Assembly: GCA_963788195.1 (NCBI GenBank)
Contig: CAWBGA010000005.1
Span: 160,001 to 224,000, forward strand
DNA length: 64,000 bases
Direction of reading: 5' to 3'
Source of the DNA: Nitrospirota bacterium
GTDB lineage: Bacteria > Nitrospirota > Nitrospiria > Nitrospirales > NS-4
The notes beneath the pieces are model-generated. The model searched no databases and had not been told where the DNA came from. It saw only the letters and a program-made list of their open reading frames with translations. Positions 60,601-64,000 of the stretch are shown piece by piece (the stretch's first letter is position 1; each line of letters opens with the position of its first letter). A program made the position numbers and the translations under genes.

Positions 60601-62045
60601 GTAAATGAAAAGATAATGGCTCCTGTAAGACAAAATGCATAGGTATATGCCATTGGACGGAAGATGCGCCCCTCGACGCGCTGAAAGGAATAGATCGGGA
60701 TGAGGGCCGCCATAATGATCATGATCGAAATAAGCGTGGGACGAGCCACCTCCTTGGCTGCCTGGGCAATGACAATCGGGACTCGGTGAGGATCAGGGCG
60801 ACGCTCGCTCAGACGGCGATAAATATTTTCAACCAGGATGACGGCGCCATCTACGATGATCCCGAAATCAATGGCGCCCATGGAGATGAGATTTGCGGGG
60901 ACCCTGATGATGTAGAGCCCCAGAAAACCCATCAGCAACGAGGCGGGGATGACGATGGCCACGGCCAGGGCGCCTCGCCATGTTCGTAGAAAGAGCCAGA
61001 CCACAGCGGTGACAAGCAAGGCGCCTTCAACAAGATTGGTGCGGACCGTGTGCAAAGTCTGATGAACAAAACTGGTGCGATCAATAAACGCGGCGATCTT
61101 GGTGCCTTCCGGAAGAATGCCGTTGTTCAACCGATCGACCTTTTCCCGCACCTGGGCTAAGACAATGGAGGGATTTTCCCCCCGCCGCATCAGTACAAAG
61201 CCTTCCACAGCCTCGCTGTTCTGCCCGCGGCCGACCGCCCCTTGACGGGGTGTGTGGGCTTCCACGAGTGTGGCGACGTCACGGACGCGCACCGGCGTCC
61301 CTTTTTCTGCGGTCAGGACGACCTCTTTGATGTCATCAGACGAGCGTAAAAGACCAAGTCCGCGGACGATGTATTGCTCCTGGCCGTGGGAGATGTAGCC
61401 GGCCCCAATATTGGCATTAGAGCGAGCGAGCGCCTCGTAAACAGTGGGCAAAGTGATCCCATGAGCCTTTAAGCGATCTGGGTTGACCAGGATATGCATC
61501 TCCTTCCGAAACCCGCCGAGGGCCACCACATCGGCGACCCCCGTGATTTGCTTCAGATAGGGCACCACCGTCCAGTCCAACAGCGTGCGCAGGTCAGTAG
61601 GCGATTTCCCGCCGCCTTCAAGCGTGAATTGATACACCTCACCGAGTGGTGTGATCTGCGGACCCAGCACCGGCACAATGTTTTCCGGCAACTCGACTTG
61701 GCGGAGTCGTTCTGTCACCACCTGGCGGGCGAAGTACATATCCACATCGTCATCAAACGTCACAATAATGTAGGACAGGCCAAAGACCGAGACCGAACGC
61801 TGATCAATGGCTTTTGGTAAAGCACTCAGAGCCCGCTCGATGGGAATCGTCACTTGGCGTTCGACTTCCTCGGCGGCTTGCCCGGGAAACAGGGTAATCA
61901 CATTCACTTGGAGGTTGGTCACATCCGGATAGGCCTCGATCGGCAGATTGATATAGGCATAGAGACCACATGCCAGCACGGGGACAGTAAATAGCAGGGT
62001 CGCGAGCCGGCGGTGGACCGCCAGGTCGATCACTTGGTGAAGCAT
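57648..62045 (-). CDS. CusA/CzcA-type heavy-metal RND permease fused to a TolC-family outer-membrane factor
   Basis: PIEAYPD, GAIDFGIIVDG, RLRALVMTA; the last ~420 aa are OEP-like. Confidence 0.88.
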   Translation of the reverse strand: MLHQVIDLAVHRRLATLLFTVPVLACGLYAYINLPIEAYPDVTNLQVNVITLFPGQAAEEVERQVTIPIERALSALPKAIDQRSVSVFGLSYIIVTFDDDVDMYFARQVVTERLRQVELPENIVPVLGPQITPLGEVYQFTLEGGGKSPTDLRTLLDWTVVPYLKQITGVADVVALGGFRKEMHILVNPDRLKAHGITLPTVYEALARSNANIGAGYISHGQEQYIVRGLGLLRSSDDIKEVVLTAEKGTPVRVRDVATLVEAHTPRQGAVGRGQNSEAVEGFVLMRRGENPSIVLAQVREKVDRLNNGILPEGTKIAAFIDRTSFVHQTLHTVRTNLVEGALLVTAVVWLFLRTWRGALAVAIVIPASLLMGFLGLYIIRVPANLISMGAIDFGIIVDGAVILVENIYRRLSERRPDPHRVPIVIAQAAKEVARPTLISIMIIMAALIPIYSFQRVEGRIFRPMAYTYAFCLTGAIIFSFTTVLAVAALLIRTAPSEAETEPWLLATMRRRVEPLIVRALAYRYVVIACMIGLLVLAGVLMTRLGTEFLPELNEGDLHVYVEMPNSISLPDGQRILSDVREMLEEFPEVAGVLSEQGRPEDGTDTIGPNQSETFIHLHPEAEWTTHRSKAQLVEAMRQKVSRIPGVMFNFSQPIADNVQEAISGIRGQVVIKVFGEDPSVLQAKAFEILSVLKRVAAVEDPAVYRTGKIPQLVIELDRPLIARHGLTVEDVERVIETAIGGRIATRFWEGEKRFGVRVILAESNRASASRIGEITVGTPDGGRIRLDTIARIRVAEGQAQLWRQNNSKFVAVKSNIGDRDMGSFVAEAMTKVQHAVKLPAGYYTTWGGEFENQRRAMARLSVVVPLAVLAVIALLYLAFGSFRDALLIILVAPCAFVGGVITLWLTGTVFSVSAAVGLIALMGQTVLNGVLLVATFRQLQQEGEAMTTNDLILKGVSLRLRALVMTALLAGLGLVPAALSHGMGSEIQRPFALVIIGGIVTSTALTLFLIPVLFSFPVFSKIMRPGMTPRPPSVALLILLLSSSLVFTATEAASQSRPGEGTALTNISAPSLTLDDALKAYDEGNLELKSARAQVEVARQQVRAAGLLENPTVSHSQGHNNSGTPTNGNHYYSNALSQTVPIAGQLGLRRQIAEANQAAAEALFALRDIALRLSVLRAYGRLLAAQQRVSFTQQDVAALENVVEVLRKRVSSGATAQYDLTRAELEMERVRSALSEALTDERRAREELRKAIGATAPQGPFSATPVGIDLPYTETEALIALAQTSRPDLKIARAIASGAEVSATLTRREVVPDLTFSLGMLNTSGPRSTDLMGGVSVPLPIFRRGQGTIRAARFSADAARFDVQALETRIPTEVTRAAAVYQQRRSERERFQTAVKERSERLLRIAQSAYREGARGILELVDAYRTNREVRLRDLELRALVEEAQYDLTEAVGDLSPLNIPITR

Positions 62046-62057
62046 ATGTGGGGAGTC

Positions 62058-63214
62058 TCAGAGCAGCTTGTGAAAAGCTGTATCGAGGAGGATGGCTCCT
62101 TCAACGACAATGCGTTCGCCGCCGTTCAAGCCCTTCATCACAGAAACAAAGGAGCCTGTTTCCGGCCCGAGAATAACTTCGCGGGGGGTATACGTCCGCT
62201 TTTTGTCTTCATCCTCCTCGTAGACGTAGAAGGCATCGCCCTTTGTCACGACCGCGGACGTGGGAATGAGAAGGTCGGTGCCCGGTCGGTGCAAGGTCAC
62301 ATGCACGAACATCTCCGGCTTCAATGAGTGGCGCTCGTTAGGGACGGCGCAGCGGAGTTTGGCGGTTCGGGTGGTCTGGTCCAAAAGGTCACTCACGTAT
62401 GTGACAGTTCCTTGGAAATGCACTCCCGGATACGCCTGTGCTTCTACATCGACGGCCAGCCCCTTTTGCACGGCTAGCCATTTCGCGCTCCGGCAGGTCC
62501 GCGAGGACCCAAACCTGTGAGAGATCTGCGATTGTAAACAATGAGCCGCTCCCGGGCTGGATCTCCGCGCCCATGGCCACCGCGGGGGCGCGTGATACAA
62601 TCACGCCGTTGATGGGTGCCTTCAACTCAAACTCTGCGGAGTGTTTCGCTTCCTGACCACCGAGACTGGCCAGATCAGCCGCTGCTCGGGCATACTCCGC
62701 GCGCGCCTGCGTTACCGCGTCCTCGGCTTCAATCACCTCGCGCTGAGACGCCGCGCCGTCCGAGAACAAGCGCTGGGCTCGTGCCAGATTTTTTTCTGCC
62801 ACGCTGCAAGGCCGAACGGGCCTTTTCTTCAGCGGATTCCGTCAACGTAAAGACAGCACTGCGGAGCCTCAGCAATGACTGTCCTTTGCGGACAGTGTCT
62901 CCAGGTTTTGCCGTGACCCGGGTGACACGACCTTCGACCGGCGATCCAACCTGTGCGGTGTGTTCTTCGTCAAAGGTGACACGACCGTTCAACGCAATGC
63001 TGGCTCCGGCGGTGGTGCGCTGCACCACTGCGACCTTCAGGTATTTTAAATTCTCTTCGGTGGCGGTGAAGTGAGGGGATGAGTGTGCAGCGGCCGGTGC
63101 CACCTCAGGATCATGAGGCTTGTTGCAGCCGGTGATCGGCATGAGAAGCAGAATGGAGACAGCGGAAAACAAGAACAGGGATAACCGCTTGAGGGGCCAT
63201 GCCTTGGAGAGCAT
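62058..63214 (-). CDS. RND membrane-fusion protein (two frameshifts)
   Basis: SPVEGRV, LKAPINGVI, IADLSQVWV, TRTAKLR, LKPEMF. Confidence 0.88.
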
Positions 63215-63220
63215 AGACGG

Positions 63221-63733
63221 TCAGTGATGCAGATGTTTTAGTGTAGCCGCCATCAACACGATGAAGATCCCGAACCACAGTGCCGGCCGCAGGAAAGGGA
63301 CGCCCTCCGGGTCGGGTTCGTCTTCTCCAGCCTGAGTCTTCTCTGCCGGGTCAGGCGGGAAGAGAATATTATAAAGAAAAAGCGTCATGATGCACATGAC
63401 CAAAAATAGCTTGATGCCGAGAGCGATAATGTAAGGGTTGGTGAACCCTTCGCCGTTATTCATCTTCATCAAGCGATTGACGTACACGACGTTGATGCCG
63501 CCGGTGACCAGGAGAATCAGCATCAGGCCGCCCACGATTTTTTGATACCTCTGATAAATCGCGTTGGCCAGCGGCTTAAAATACTCCGACGGGACAGACT
63601 TGCGCAGCGCGGGGACGACCGCCATCATCAGGAAGCCCAGACTCCCGATCCACAGAATCGCGGACATCAGGTGCAACCAGTGGTTCACGATCGGGATCCA
63701 CTGATTGACGAATGCGGCGATGAGGCGGTCCAT
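63221..63733 (-). CDS. CopD/DUF4149-like membrane protein
   Basis: WLHLMSAILWIGS, LLVTG, IKLFLV. Confidence 0.7.
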   Translation of the reverse strand: MDRLIAAFVNQWIPIVNHWLHLMSAILWIGSLGFLMMAVVPALRKSVPSEYFKPLANAIYQRYQKIVGGLMLILLVTGGINVVYVNRLMKMNNGEGFTNPYIIALGIKLFLVMCIMTLFLYNILFPPDPAEKTQAGEDEPDPEGVPFLRPALWFGIFIVLMAATLKHLHH

Positions 63734-64000
63734 CAGATTGAGAAGACCGGTTTGTCGTTGCCGAAGCGGGCCTTGCGGAGCTCTTCCATGAATTCGGGAG
63801 TAATGGTGGCCAGGCCGCGTTCACGGGCCTTCGCCTCCACGCCTTTTTTGACCATCGCCTGCATGAAATAGGGGATCCGTTTTAACCGGCCTGTGGCTTC
63901 CTCGGTCCACTGGACGCAAAACGTTTCGGGCTTCATGTCGACGCCGAGCTCACTGACTTGTACTTTTTCGCCGCCCTTCGGCGTATACAGGCACCATTCG
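63733..64000 (-). CDS. 3' end of a probable radical SAM/SPASM protein with a PCP_red (BchB-like) C-terminal domain
   Basis: Frame is open to the window edge (EWCLYTP...); WTEEATGRLKRIPYF..VKKGVE. Confidence 0.6.
   Translation of the reverse strand, partial: EWCLYTPKGGEKVQVSELGVDMKPETFCVQWTEEATGRLKRIPYFMQAMVKKGVEAKARERGLATITPEFMEELRKARFGNDKPVFSI

Noticed and set aside
58057..61820. Many long antisense or alternate-frame ORFs here and elsewhere
   Set aside because: Shadow ORFs of GC-rich genes with no recognisable motifs.

Overview
A GC-rich bacterial chromosome segment. Gene content and style suggest Nitrospirota (inference). About 17 single-base frameshifts in otherwise intact genes point to an indel-prone assembly. 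In order, the window holds: the 3' part of a DabA carbon-pump subunit and a P-II/SbtB-like gene; tadA, two tRNA-Ser genes, SRP RNA and dnaX-ybaB-recR-dksA, with accessory genes and an integrase remnant between the tRNAs; an SDR/GH15 block next to tRNA-Val; a ~16-kb iron cluster (OM barrel, bfd-bfr, redoxin-like gene, TonB-ExbBD, FecI with a truncated FecR, FMN-binding module, porin, FbpABC, Fur); gpsA, larB/larC, cation transporters, pdxA-rsmA, asmA, ftsK-lolA, kimA-like; and a heavy-metal RND gene fused to a TolC-type factor. The best candidate for an undescribed system is in the iron cluster. It encodes two phage-Mu Com-like zinc-ribbon microproteins. A 9-nt-period GAG-NN-CC-NN-GAG-NN-CC box sits just upstream of four iron genes. 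A related motif is fused to a terminator hairpin in two leaders, each behind a promoter with a Fur-like box. Together these suggest a post-transcriptional RNA-binding layer under Fur. Also notable are an unassigned ~308-nt structured RNA candidate upstream of ftsK and two dispersed REP-like repeat families.
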